64,000 nucleotides of DNA, taken from NCBI GenBank assembly GCA_038087875.1, contig CM075997.1, positions 2,544,001 to 2,608,000 of the forward strand, read 5' to 3'. Under the pieces are notes generated by a model. It made no database searches and had not been told where the DNA came from. It worked only from the letters and a program-made list of their open reading frames with translations. Origin of the DNA: Malacoraja senta. Taxonomy: Eukaryota. A program made the translations under genes and the position numbers. Positions 52,301-63,986 of the stretch are shown here, in pieces. Within the stretch, counting starts at the first letter, position 1. Every line of letters starts with the position of its first letter.

Positions 52301-54985
52301 AACCTAAATCTGTCTTTGTATCCACTCACAGTTGGAACATTTCTACTCGGCGCTAACTAATATGGGCACTCATGTCGAGTTCCAGTGTTGCACAATCATG
52401 GTAAGATTTTCATAAATTTGCAACTTCGCTTAATTTGCAGTTACTGATTTCCAAAGTAAGAGACACGATCCCAAAAACTTCTTCAGCACAGGCTGGAAAA
52501 GGCTTGTATCAGTTTTGTGCAAACGTAAAGTTTTCAACTGCGTAAGTTCCAAGCAGTTACAGGCAAATGCACAAGAAAGTATTTCCTTGAGCAATTTCCC
52601 AAAACTGATGGAAAGTGAAATGATTAAGGGAAGATTGGGAAGGATGGAGAAAAGATCTTGATAAAATCTGAGATTATGAAGTAGTGTGGTCAAAAAGGAG
52701 ACTGGGAGATTAAGTGGGTGGGATTGTCCAAATTAAGAGAGGTGATATATGGTCATTTTTGGAAGGACTGGTGTAATGGAGGGGGTAATAGAGTGATATA
52801 AAGACATTAAGAGAGCATAAATGGGGGCTAATACAATAGAGCACCAGGACTTGAGGGTCTGGCCTATAAGTTGAGCAAGCTAGGACTTTATTCTTTGAAG
52901 CACGGAAAGCAAAGGGGTGATTTTATAGAGGTGTTTAAAATCATGAGGGGAATTGATAGGGTGAATGTACAGGACAGTTCCTTATCCAGCGTAAGGGAAT
53001 CAAGAACCAGAGGACATTGGTTAAGGTGAGAGGGGAAAGATTTAACAGGAACCTGAGGGGCAAATGTTTTGCTGGAAGGTGAGATGGTGGGTATATGGAA
53101 TGAGCTGACGGAGGAGGTGGTTGAGGAAGGTGCAATAACACCATTTAAAAGACACTTTTACATGTACATAGATAGGAAAGGTTCAGAGGGATATGGACCA
53201 AATGCGGGCAAATGGTACTAGCTCAGATGGGGGGCATCTTGGTCAGCATAGAGGAGCTGGTTCAAGGGGCCTGATTCTGCGCTGTACCTTAGGACTCTAA
53301 AAAATGAAATTATCGAAAAAGATCTTTACATCTGGCTCTCTGGTCCTTTAACTGGTTTAGATCTTAACCTATTGGTTATGTCCTGCCTCAGATACTGTTG
53401 AAACAATACTATCCTGAAGCATGCTTTTAGTTGTGCACATCAGTTTCTATCCCTATTTGCTTTTAATACACGATTCTTCCTCTGATTTTATATTATTCCT
53501 CCTGGAAAAGCATCCAAACTATATTGTGCACTTTGCCTATAAATAAATAAATGATCTTGAATCTTCCATGCAGAAAACCGTGTAATTGAATTTACATCCA
53601 TTATTGATTCATTAAGGAACAGTAATCTGATAATAGCATCAACAGTATTTTCTGGGTTCTCTGCATCTCTGCTTGTGATCCTTAAGATCTGCAGTACCTG
53701 TCCCACATGCTAAGAATAAAATGCCAAATGCAGTAAATAAAAAATAGAGATACAGGCTGGAAGTAGATAACACCAGAGCAGATACATCATCCTCTCTCCC
53801 TCAATTTCAGCATTCTGATGAAGCTGTTCCCTCTTTGATGCCCTGGTCCATTTGTGTGCCTTGGCCAATCTCACTCTCCTTCTTGAAGCATCATCGAATG
53901 TAACTCAAAAAGTTCCTGCAGTATGCAAACAGGCCATTAGACCCACCATAATTACACTGACTAGTGGGGACCCAAACATTATTAATCTGATCCAGCACTT
54001 GACCCACAGCCGAGGCAATGCAACAACTGGAGATACTTGCCCTTTAATCTCTTCCTATCCCCTCATCCAAGATAACTAACAGTCCTTCCAGCTGATATAT
54101 CTATTTATCTATCAATCTGATTGAGTTTTTTGAAGAAGTAACCAAAAAGGTTGATGAGGGCAAAGCCATAGACATTGTCTATATGAACTTCAGCAAGGTT
54201 TTTTGATAAGGTTCTGCTCTGGAAGTTTAGATTGCAAGTCAAGTCAAGAGAGTTTATTGTCATGTGTCCCAGATAGGACAATGAAATTCTTGCTTGCTGC
54301 AGCACAACAGAATATAGTAAGCATACATACAGAACAGTTCAGTGTGTCTATATAGCATAGACTATATATATACACACAAATAAACAGATAAAGTGCAATA
54401 GGCTGTGATAGTTCAGAGTTAGTTTGATGGCGAGTTTAATAGCCTGATGGCTTGTTTGATGGATCCAGGGAGAGCTGGTCAACTTGGATGAGTTGGGCTG
54501 AAGGGCAGATTTCTGTGTTGTACAATTCTATGACTAGTTCCAGCATCTGCCAGTATTAGCCTTGTCAAGGGCATCCAAGGGCAAGGGCATGTCTTTTTAA
54601 TGAATGAAACCATCTACAAGCAACATTTTGTATAAAATGATAATGCATTTAGTGTATAATGTTAGTCTTCCCCTAAAACATTGTCGCCAGACCTGTACTT
54701 ATTTTGACTGGGTGAATCACTTGCAACCTTAAAATCTTGAGGTAAAAAGATAATTATTTACTACAATGTTAGCAGGACAGCTTTTTCTAACTCTCTTCCT
54801 TTTTTTTGTTCATTTAGAAACGACAGATTCTCATGCAAATCAAAATTCCCCTAAGTAAGGACTTGTCTGTTGGCTGCAATCATACAGAGGAAAATTTCAG
54901 TAATCAGTATTATCATCCATGTACAAACAAGGCTGAAATATACTTCTATCCCTTCACAAATCATCCACATAATCCTTGTCCCTAA
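28306..54985 (+). CDS. rnaset2l: RNase T2-family secreted/lysosomal ribonuclease, rnaset2l-like. Spliced CDS join(28306-28388,29153-29207,31434-31498,34888-34945,40514-40578,43211-43324,47239-47287,52332-52400,54818-54985), 726 nt, 241 aa
   Basis: Nine exons with AG/GT boundaries splice in frame with no stops. The product has an N-terminal hydrophobic signal-like segment, CAS I (WTIHGLWP) and CAS II (FWGNEWRKHGTC). Intron phases follow the vertebrate RNASET2 layout as I recall it. QLWPGSFC, QIKIPL and the terminal NPCP resemble teleost rnaset2l (from memory). Confidence 0.93.
29153..29207 (+). CDS. rnaset2l: RNase T2-like exon 2 (SCKWKCLLFAQLWPGSFCM)
   Basis: ttttaaag|c ... atg|gtaaga; QxWPxxxC motif of T2 RNases. 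Confidence 0.92.
29515..29678. mobile_element. Inverted mini-PLE
   Basis: Head-to-head pLTR ends; 14-bp TSD taagccagtcaaat at 29501-29514 and 29679-29692. Confidence 0.85.
30250..30606 (+). mobile_element. CR1/HER1-type LINE 3' fragment
   Basis: TRGHSL...RVVNLWNSLP; tail with tctatg repeats. Confidence 0.9.
31434..31498 (+). CDS. rnaset2l: RNase T2-like exon 3 (TLPKQDCRIPEHVDGWTIHGLW; CAS I)
   Basis: tctag|act ... ctctg|gtaatt; catalytic His65 in WTIHGLW. Confidence 0.96.
31912..32210 (+). mobile_element. HE1/V-SINE variant
   Basis: tRNA-like head and V-domain; diverged 3' region. Confidence 0.75.
33440..33666. mobile_element. PIF/Harbinger-type MITE
   Basis: 37-bp TIR agggcctgtcccactttcacgacctaattcacgacct; TAA TSD at 33437-33439 and 33667-33669. 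Confidence 0.8.
33687..33911. mobile_element. Inverted mini-PLE
   Basis: Palindromic pLTR ends; 9-bp TSD gaaatatta at 33678-33686 and 33912-33920. Confidence 0.8.
34888..34945 (+). CDS. rnaset2l: RNase T2-like exon 4 (PSGRKSCNKTWPLTHEDID)
   Basis: tttccag|gcct ... gac|gtaagg; CNxxWP motif with an N-glycosylation sequon. Confidence 0.93.
36303..36610 (+). mobile_element. HE1/V-SINE
   Basis: Same consensus. Confidence 0.85.
37800..37989. mobile_element. Inverted mini-PLE
   Basis: 17-bp TSD ctgtacattacaattga at 37783-37799 and 37990-38006. Confidence 0.85.
39303..39726 (-). mobile_element. RTE-derived short non-autonomous element
   Basis: Minus strand carries ggcagtccatctaggagagggaaaactc...aaaacc, resembling RTE-clade 5' UTR motifs; CpG-rich; no RT coding. 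Confidence 0.55.
40514..40578 (+). CDS. rnaset2l: RNase T2-like exon 5 (DLQVDLFLHWPSLTNTNAFKFW)
   Basis: aacag|gac ... tttg|gtaagt; WPSL...FW motif. Confidence 0.93.
41218..41869 (+). mobile_element. Non-autonomous Helitron-like element
   Basis: A|TC(TC)TATATAACTAAAA 5' end; GC hairpin gggcccc-aac-gggtccc followed by ctat (degenerate CTAG) then T; no TSD. Confidence 0.55.
43211..43324 (+). CDS. rnaset2l: RNase T2-like exon 6 (GNEWRKHGTCAACADSMSCPHKYFSLALQLRKQFAINE; CAS II)
   Basis: ttttgcag|g ... aatga|gtgagt; EWxKHGTC and YF motifs; 114 nt. Confidence 0.96.
47239..47287 (+). CDS. rnaset2l: RNase T2-like exon 7 (AFIAAGITPSCDNSYK)
   Basis: tttcag|g ... aag|gtaaga; GIxPS...Y motif. Confidence 0.92.
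50291..50528. mobile_element. Inverted mini-PLE
   Basis: 16-bp TSD tttgctcctgaaatgt at 50275-50290 and 50529-50544. Confidence 0.85.
51034..51554 (+). mobile_element. PLE 3' fragment, same family as 5392-7408, inside an RNase intron
   Basis: Close match to 6914-7408 plus the terminal tail; 16-bp TSD aattttaactaccaat at 51018-51033 and 51555-51570. Confidence 0.92.
52332..52400 (+). CDS. rnaset2l: RNase T2-like exon 8 (LEHFYSALTNMGTHVEFQCCTIM)
   Basis: ctcacag|ttg ... atg|gtaaga; conserved QC motif; phase 0/0. Confidence 0.88.
52860..53300 (+). mobile_element. Degenerate CR1-type LINE 3' fragment
   Basis: Remnants of GDFIEVFKIM...TRGH motifs and a CR1-type 3' UTR. Confidence 0.7.
54818..54985 (+). 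CDS. rnaset2l: RNase T2-like terminal exon (KRQILMQIKIPLSKDLSVGC...YFYPFTNHPHNPCP*)
   Basis: Long polypyrimidine tract then tttag|aaa; stop TAA at 54983-54985; candidate AATAAA at 56177-56182. Confidence 0.9.
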   Translation, partial: KRQILMQIKIPLSKDLSVGCNHTEENFSNQYYHPCTNKAEIYFYPFTNHPHNPCP

Positions 54986-57900
54986 AGGGATCTTCTATTT
55001 ACATTTGTGTTGTTTTCAGGATGATTGCTTTTGATTGAAATCTATTAGGTGCCCTATCTTCTGATATTCCATGTAAGCCAAATGATTATTTGTTTGTTAT
55101 GTTTCTGGGTGAAGGGTAAGGCAACAGTGTCATTATTTTGATAAATGATTGTGTCTGGCCCTTCTTCATTTATCTTATGATTCAAAATGTAATTAATTTT
55201 AACCTACTGATTTTTTTGGCCTTATAGTGTTGCATTTCATTTGACAAGGTTAACATTCAATCTCCAGAACTGTATCTCTAAGTTCATTCCTGGCACGTTG
55301 TTTTCTCTATTAAATCAAAGTGGCACCTCTGTCAGTTCTGCTCCCAATGAGACAATCATTATCTGCCCCATACTTGCATTAAGATCCTTTATTGGCACAG
55401 TCATTTGCATTCATCTGAGATTATTCAACACTCTTTAAAATTTGTCTTTTTATTTTAAAAAATGTTTGTCCATTCAGCTTCATGTCATTGTATTTGTCTC
55501 TTAATTTCCTGTTTCATGAAGGGATTGTAAATTGTGGACTATTGTTATTCTCTCTTATGATTTTGGTGTATTTAGTGTACTTCCAATATTTCCTTATGAT
55601 GTAGAAGGAAGCCAATCGGCCCACTGAGTCTATTCTGGCTCTCAGAGCGATCCCATTTACCCACTTACCTCCCTGTAATCTATTCTATCACACGTGTTTA
55701 TTAACACAATCCTGATTTACCAATAGCCATCTCCACTAGGGGTAAGTTACAATGGCCAATTCACCTAACAGTCTGCATGTCTTTGAGCTATGGGAGGAAA
55801 CTAGATCACCTGGGGAGAAACGCATACTGTTACAGAGAGAATGTACAAACTCCATACATACAGCAGTAAAGGTCAGAAGTGAATCTGGGTTGCTGAAGCT
55901 GCAAGAAATCTGAATTATCTACAGTGCCACTGCGCCACTCATAGCTCTCGGAGTGAATTTATGGAGTTAAATGGGATGATATATTATTAAAGCACATTAC
56001 TGAGACAGAATAATATGGCGTTATCCAGCAGCTGACCATGGAAAACCAGTTAAAGATCAAATCTACAGTTTTGTATTTCACAAGGCTGTTTTCAACCTTT
56101 TTGTAACCTTTATTCAAAAGATTGATTTTATAATTTCTTCACTAGAAAACATGGTATTTTATAAATGTTTAACATCAATAAATCATTTCTGAAAGTGGAT
56201 CTTTTCATGAGCCCATGAGTTCTACTGGAGCACGGTGGTTTTAACAAAGTGGGCAGCGCCCCGTTGCGTGCAGTATCTATGCAGTGTAGACGTTGCTGAG
56301 TCAGAGTCTGGAAGACAAAGATATAGTTCTATATTTAAACAATTAAATAAATTAGATTATTTAGCAAAAATATTCAAATATATCAATTGAGTTTATACTG
56401 GTCTGGCAGGCAGGGGAAACATTGCATTTTGGGGAAATACTGTAGATTAAAAGAGGTTCATGGCAAAAACTCCTGCTGTAAGGATCTGCAGCTGGATGAA
56501 TTTGGGCTCAGAATAAATTACAAGATTTGGACATTGGAATGCTTATTGGTGGTGTGGTGGAACAGGGAACAGTTATCTGGATATTTTGTTCTAAGAAGCA
56601 GTCACACCCTTACATTAATTACTATAGAACTGCGCAGTCTGAAGGAACAGGAGGATGTAACTATGAATGAAACGAGGGAATCTAACCCTTGCTGTGTCCA
56701 ATACTCTCAAATTCACTGCAGCCTGTGTAGATAAGAGCTGCAAACTGCAGGAAGGAAGACCAAAATGACCACGGTAAATCACGAGCGGAATAGATAAGGT
56801 GAATGCACAGTCTCCCCCCCCCACCAAGGACTAGCGGTATAATATTATTAAGAGTTAGCAGTTGTTATTTGCAACTTCCATCATAAATCCCAAAGTGACA
56901 TCTGCCAGTGTAGACGATATCACCTCTACACTGGTAAGCAGATTCAGATGGGAAAGATCCAACTGTTGAGGCCCATATGTGAACCGATGACATAAATAGG
57001 GTCAGGTGGGAGGTTTTCCTCAAGTGATGTGAGCAGCTAGGGATGAAACTGAAAATCAGAACCACAAATGTAATAATCTTTGAATTATCAATTTAGCTTA
57101 ATGAAAATTGTCATAGAAACAGGGAGTAGAAAACATGGCTTAAAGGACGGCGTAGGAGAAAGGAATTTAAATTCATGGGGCACTGAAACTAATAATGAGG
57201 AATGAGGGAGCAGTTCCATTGGACACACACACTTCACGAAGCATTGTTTCAACAAAGCAAATAACCTGAGCTGCAGATAAGAGGTTAGAGGTGTAGGTAA
57301 AGGGAGGGGGGTGCTGTTTCAGGTGACGAGAAATTAAAAAAGTTAGAGTGAAAAGACAAGGTGAATTATATTAGATAGCAAAATGGATAACAATACACAG
57401 AATGTATTAGGAAGTAATGCATAGTATACATGTATACATTGGAATAGTATACATCCAATTAAAATCAGAGCAGGGAAAAAATAGTAAAAAAACACACAGC
57501 TAAAGGATCGTCATTTGAATGCACATGAAATTCATTTCAAGGTAAACCAATTCATACCACAAATTGAAATAAATGGATATGAACTAATAGTTATTATGGA
57601 GATGGATGTACATGTGAAGTGATCACGGCTGGGAGCTAAGTTCATAATAAATTAATAAGACACAGAAGCAGAATTAGACCATTTGGCCCATCTAGTCTAC
57701 TTCGCCATTCAATCATGGCTGATTTATTCAGGGATTTTTAACTTTTTTAGAAGAGTGGTAGCCCAGATAATAAAGGGTGGGATAAAGACAGTAGAGAGAA
57801 AGCATTTTAGTTCATAAAATCCAAAAGTAGAATTTGTTTAGGCAGAAATGAGAAATAGCAGAATGGTCGACAACATTAGTGGGACTTAGCAAAAGGACCC

Positions 57901-58524
57901 ACACAGTAATTTGAATGTGGGGCAGAGAATACATCACAAAATTAAAGACTTCTGCAACAGGTGTAATACAATAATCATGGTTGACTTTGTGTACTGACTG
58001 AACAAACCAAGTTAACATGAACTGTGTGGTAAGTATAATCATGGAATGAATACAATAGTTATCTAGATGAATATGTTAAGGGACCAAAGATAGATTATAT
58101 TAGATTAGGAGCGCAATGAGAAAGGATGTAATTAATAATCTTGAAAATTAGCAGCCTCTGGGAAGAGTAATCATAATGTGATAGAATTTTATATTAGGAT
58201 TGAAATAGCTTCAGTTCAATCAGAAACCATGTTCTTCAATGTAATCAAAACAAACTACAATGGATCAAAGTGTATGGATGTATTGCCGTTAAATTACATC
58301 ATTGTGATAAAAGATTTCCCATGATTTTATTGAATGGTGGAGCAAGTATGAAAGACTGTATGGCCTATACATGCTTATATTTCAGCAGCCTGAAGAAGGG
58401 TCTCGACCCGAAACGTCGCCCATTCCTTCTCTCCAAAGGTGCTGCCTGTCCCGCTGAGTTACTCCAGCATTTTGTGTCTACCTTATATTTCTTATGTTCT
58501 TTTTCTAGATAAGTATCATCAAGG

Positions 58525-58863
58525 TGTTCACAAGTTATAAGAGAAGAATTAGGTCATTCGGCCCATCGAGTCTACTCCGCCATTCAATCATGGCTGATCT
58601 CTGCCTCCTACTCCAATTTTTCTGCCTTCTCCCCATAACCCCTGACACCTGCTCTAATCAAGAATTTGTTTATCCCTGCTTTAAAACTATTAACTGGCCT
58701 GGTCTCCACAACCCTCTTTGGTAATGAGTTCTGCAAATTAACTACCCTCTGACTAAAGAAGTTCCTCCTCGCCTCCTTTCTAAAAGAGCGCCCTTTAATT
58801 CTGAGGCTATGACCTCTGGTCCTAGACTCTCCCACCAGTGGAAACATCCTTTCTACATCCACT
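58525..58863 (-). mobile_element. CR1-type LINE 3' fragment
   Basis: GESRTRGHSLRIKG...FFSQRVVNL. Confidence 0.85.
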
Positions 58864-61343
58864 CATAAGAAAAAATGTAATTACAACTAAATGTTTGCTT
58901 TCAAGCTTCTAGCATTAGCTTCTCTAGTTAAGCTATGTTAAGGTATTTTCATTGCATGGTGGAATACTGAGCCACTTAGATTTGGACTGACTCACATTCA
59001 TCATAGATCAATTTATCTAAGTTCTCACTTCAGATGAAATGAACGGTCATTCATGGCTCATACTCCTCCCTGCTTAAACTTAGAATTGCATGCATGAGTG
59101 GTCAATCAGTGAAATCAGGATTGGACCTGTGATGTGTTCAATAGTTAAGGAGTGAGTTGATGTTGATGCATTGTATATGCAGAATAGATATGTGATTGCT
59201 GATACCTGTACCAGTGTGATACTAAATAAAGGAGTGGATGCCAAAGTGATTTCCAGCCAAGCACAGCCCAGCAGACAATCTTGGCCAAGTGCTGCCAAAC
59301 ATAAGTTCAGGAATAAATATTATGCATCAACAGCAAGTATTTATATTTGTGGCATTTAGTTCAAAGACAATAGATGCACATGTATAATTTTTGCCTGTAG
59401 GTCAACTGCAACCAATCACACTGCATTGGTATGGTACAGCCAATAGTAGAAATAGTCATCTATGAATATGGGCCACCCATCATCAATGTTACTGCTGTGC
59501 TCTGCAAATGAAGAAGGGACTCGAGCCAAAACGTCACCCATTCCTTCTCTCCAGAAATGCTGTCTGTCCCGCTGAGTTACTCCAGCATTTTGTGTCTATC
59601 TTCGGTGTAACCAGCATCTGCAGTTCCTTCCTTTCTTTACTCTACAAATTCATCATGTATCGCACCATCACTGCAAGCATTTCACAGGAAATAGTTGTAA
59701 GGCTTTTCCATCAGATCTGTATATCAGGGTTCATTCCCTTTCAATTTTGCAAGGAATATGAGTTTCTAGGTAATAACAAAATTGAAAGGGTGACCTTTCA
59801 AATGTCATTGGCGTTTTGAACTATTTAATTTCTAAATCGTAGCATAAACTCTTACAAATGTGCTCCTTGATGGAGAAGCAGAAATAAAACAGAATATTAA
59901 AGCACAGGAACAGGCACTTTGGCCCAACATGACCCAGCTTTCCATTATGCCAATCTAACTAAGCACATCTGTCTGGATCCCTCTATTCCTTGTTGGTTCA
60001 CGTGTCCGTCTAAACACCTCTTAAATGTTAGTATCATATCTGTTCTTCCACCTCTGTCGGCAGAGCTGTCCAGATTTTTAACATTTGCTGCATAAACAAC
60101 GCCTCGCAAATCCACTTTACACTTTCCCCCTCTGCTTATTAGTATTTGACCTTCCCATCCTCGGAACAATGACTGATTATCTACCCTGCATGCATCTCTG
60201 ATAATTAAAAAAAATTAAAAACCGAACATCTTTTTGATAACACTCTGTAATCCAGGCAACATGCTGGTTATTCTCTTTGGCACTCTCACCAAAGCCTCAA
60301 TATCCTTCCTATAGTGCTGCAATAGAACAGGTGGGAATGGTGAATGGGCAGGTTGGATTGTGCAGGAGGTGAGCTTGTTACTAGTTTCTTGAAATGTTAT
60401 GGGCTACTAATGAAAATCTATTGAATATTGTAAATCACATCAAACTGTATAAGATTTACACACATCTTTAATCAGCACAGTAACTTGGCAGCATTACAAA
60501 ACGAGGTGTTGTCAGTTCATCCTAGCTGCTTCAACTAACGGTGCTGGGAATGGGCGTTAGTATAAATGTTATAATGGGGTGGAGTTAGTGATGCTGGCTA
60601 AGTGTGATTGATTCACATGCATCATCAATCTACAAATATTGTAATTGAAATAACACCAACTGGGTGTGAACGTGTTAGTCTCAGGATATAAATGCTTGTT
60701 GTTGATGAATAATATTTATTCCCTGAATTTAAAACTTTAAATCTGATATGATCGAATTTACATTTCAATACAGACGGCCTTTTCAAAAGGTGATCTGTCC
60801 TACCCAATACTTGTGCAGTATGAATCCCACCGGATATTTGATCTTAATTAGGAGTAATTTTAGGCAAAATCTGCAAGAATTAGAGTCACGGACTCATACA
60901 GCAGGGAAAGAGCCTTTTCAGCCAAGTTGTCTATTCCAATCAAGAAGCCCCAACACATTAGTCCCACCAGCCTGCGTTTGCTCCATATATCTCTAAGCCT
61001 TGCCTATCCATGTACCTGTCCAAATATTTTTAAATGTTGTTATTGTATCTGCCTCAACTACCTCCTCTGGCTGCTCATTCCATACACCCACCACCCTCAG
61101 TGCAGTACGAAAAGTTGTACCTTAGGTTCTTATTAAACATTTCCCCTCTCACCTAAAGCGATGTCCTATAGTACATGTGGTACCATACATATGGTACATA
61201 GGACATTATGTGGTGCCTATGGCTCTTGATTCCCCTGCCCTGGGTAAAACAATGTTGGTGGGGGACAAGACCTCATGATGTTGCTCATTGGATGTCTTGC
61301 CATAAACAAATACCAAATTATTTGGGTAGGAAGGAACTGCAGA

Positions 61344-61760
61344 TCGATTTGTTACTAACACCTATGAGAGAGAAGCGAGTGTTACCAAACTTCTGAATTC
61401 TCTGGGGTGGAACCCTCTCCAAGACAGATGTGAAGCTCACCGTTTGACCTGTTTTTACAAAATGTTAAATGGTCAGCTCGACATAGATTACAAGACCTAC
61501 ACCAAACCCAAACCAATTAGGAGCAGACGAGGGCATTCGATCCAATTTGTGATTCCAGCTACCAAGACAGATGTGTACAGCAATTAGTTCTTCCCCCGCA
61601 CAATTAAAGCATGGAATAATCTCCACCCTACTATAGTTACCCAACCAGATACAACTAAATTTAAAATAGCTCTTTCTTCCCAAAAACCCTTTCTGGCTTA
61701 AGTCCTCCCTCCACCACCTCCATTTGGAATATTTTGGAGGACCAAGAAACCAAGAAGAAC
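61344..61760 (+). mobile_element. CR1-clade LINE 3' fragment of a different family, nested in a PLE end
   Basis: RFVTNTY...LGWNPLQDR...RRGH...FFPRTIKAWNNL; ccaagaa-repeat tail. Confidence 0.75.
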
Positions 61761-61764
61761 CATG

Positions 61765-62275
61765 ATACTGGTTTACACCGAAGATAGACACAAACTGCTG
61801 GAGTAACTCAATGGGACAGGCAGCATCTCTGGAGAAAAGGAATGAGTGATGTTTCGGGTCGAAACCCTTCTTCAGACTGAGAGTCAGGGGAGAGTTAAAC
61901 TAGAAATATGTATGGGTGAAGTGTGAACGCGACAGAACAAAGCAAACAATGATAATGAAATGTAGAATGGTTCATCGTCATCTGAGAAGTTGACAAGGAG
62001 GCACACAATCAGTGAAATGATCAGGACAGTGGGAGAACTGGGGTGGGGGAGGGACACACAGAGAGGGAAAACAAGGGTTACTTGAAGTTAGAGAAATCAA
62101 TATTCATACTGCTGGGGTGCAAGCTGCCCAAGTGAAATATGAGGTGCTGTTCCTCCAATTTGCGCTGACAGTGGAGGAGGCCCAGGACAGAAATGTCAGT
62201 GTGGGAAATGGGAGAGGGACTTGAAGTGTTTGGCAAACGGGAGATCAGGTGGGTTTAGGCGGACTGAGCACATGA
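61765..62275 (-). mobile_element. PLE 3' fragment (second family)
   Basis: Reverse strand includes the GIY-YIG C-terminal EEQHLIF-like remnant and the pLTR with cttcttcagac. Confidence 0.75.
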
Positions 62276-62329
62276 ATGTGAGGGGGAGTTACACAGCTCA
62301 TCTGGAAACTCTGCAGAATTAATTCACCT

Positions 62330-62710
62330 CGGCATCCCATCCCAGTGGCAGACCACAAGGCCGTGGCCATCACATGATTCACTTCAATCACCACAGGCCT
62401 AGCGCTGATTGGCCTGGAGGCGTCGGGAGGCGGGCTGCGGCCCATTTCCGGTTGGCGGGCTTTTTGCAGAGGCAGGGTGTGTTCGCGGTCAGCAAGACAA
62501 GGTCGTGTGGTCGTGAGGGAATTCTCCTTTGGAGCCGGCATCGATTATAAAAGCGGAGGACTAAATATACGATTCAATGCGTTCCACTGCAAAGTACGCG
62601 AATGTATAACGCAGTGAATGTTTGGTGCATTTTCTTCACGGTCACCCCGTTGCCATCTCCTTCCCGACGCCAAATTTTGTTTGGAAAACCTGCCAGGTTG
62701 CCCAGCGTTT
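62330..62710 (+). promoter_or_regulatory. CpG-island promoter of a downstream gene
   Basis: Non-repeat CpG-rich segment with reverse CCAAT (ctgattggcc 62405-62414), GC-box-like gggaggcggg (62425-62434), ETS-like atttccgg (62444-62451) and E-box tcacatga (62370-62377). Confidence 0.7.
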
Positions 62711-63706
62711 ATTGACTTCGCCTGCCCTTTTTTTTGCAGCGTTCTTTATTAAGATTGTTCTTCATTAAGAACGTAATTAGGAAAATAACAGAAAACCCGT
62801 TTCTGCTTATTTCCAATAAACCTTAAAATGATCATCCCCGAGCTGGGTGCTCCGTTTGAAAGTGCACAATAATTTAGTCGATACTAGTGATTCAGCAAGC
62901 ACTGAAAGTTATAATTCTTCCCGGGTCGTTTTGGCATATGCCCCCAACTATCTTCTGAGTATTCCTGAAAACGACCTATAGACTTTATCATCAGACAGCA
63001 AGCTTTCTTTTGATTCTGCATTGATTTCTTTATTGACAATGTGTGTTATTCAATATGTTGTGTGATTGATTAAAAATCTAGTTGCAACAAATTGCACTTA
63101 ATAGAATGGGCATATGCCCCTGTTAGTCTAGTATAACAAACGCACAAAACGTGTGGAAGAACAAACTCAGTGTCTCCCAATTTTTCCCCTATGACTGCTG
63201 GATGAAAAGTGATATCATATGTATGAGAATGCATTTACCTGTGCAGTAAGTTATTAGTTGAGGTTATCATGTAGTTAAAATAATGATGCAATGCAGTAAT
63301 TATGTTTACATTAATGTTGCTGGATCATTAATTTCCACATTCATACTATTGCCTTGAAGTTTCTGGTGTTTTTCCCTCAGAGCATACCCTGGGGAAAAGT
63401 AAGACTTAAGATAAAAACATGGAGCTATTTACATGTGGATAATGATTTTTCTCTAACTTCATGGTTTACCAGCTGTACACCACCAGTAATCAGCTAATTT
63501 GCTTCTGCCAGTTTCCCCGTGCAATACCATTCTCATAAAATGAAGTGAATGAACTTTTACATTGTCAGTGGGTCCATTCATATTACATGTCTGATCAAAT
63601 GTGTATTTCCATATTTGTAAATAGTGTCTCCCTTCTAGGTATTGGAATCAAATGTAATTGTGTTTAAATTTTAATGTAAATAAACATAACGTGAAATTTC
63701 AGAACA

Positions 63707-63986
63707 ATGAGTACACGGGAGACTACAAGGGAAGGAAGAAGAGTCCCTCGATTGGCTGCCTCGCTTTCTCGGAATATACCTTGTGCCTCATCAGTGCAAA
63801 ATGAAAAACCAGTGGAAAAACCACCAATCGTTACTACAAGCCTAGAAACAACAGCTGCCGCAGGGCAAATTGCTTCTGCAATTGTCCCCGAATGTGATGC
63901 AACTGTTTCTGATTCATTGGAACTCCAGGTGAAGAAATCCGAGAGTGAGGAATGTCTTCAGGTGCCAGTTGATGCAGACAAGCCAG
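63707..63986 (+). CDS. Probable first coding exon of an unidentified gene (93 aa, MSTRETTREGRRVPRLAASLSRNIP...VPVDADKP); gene continues beyond the window
   Basis: Acceptor tttcag ends at 63702; ATG in acaATGa; 280-nt open frame; donor ag|gtatgt; about 1 kb downstream of the CpG island. Confidence 0.7.
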
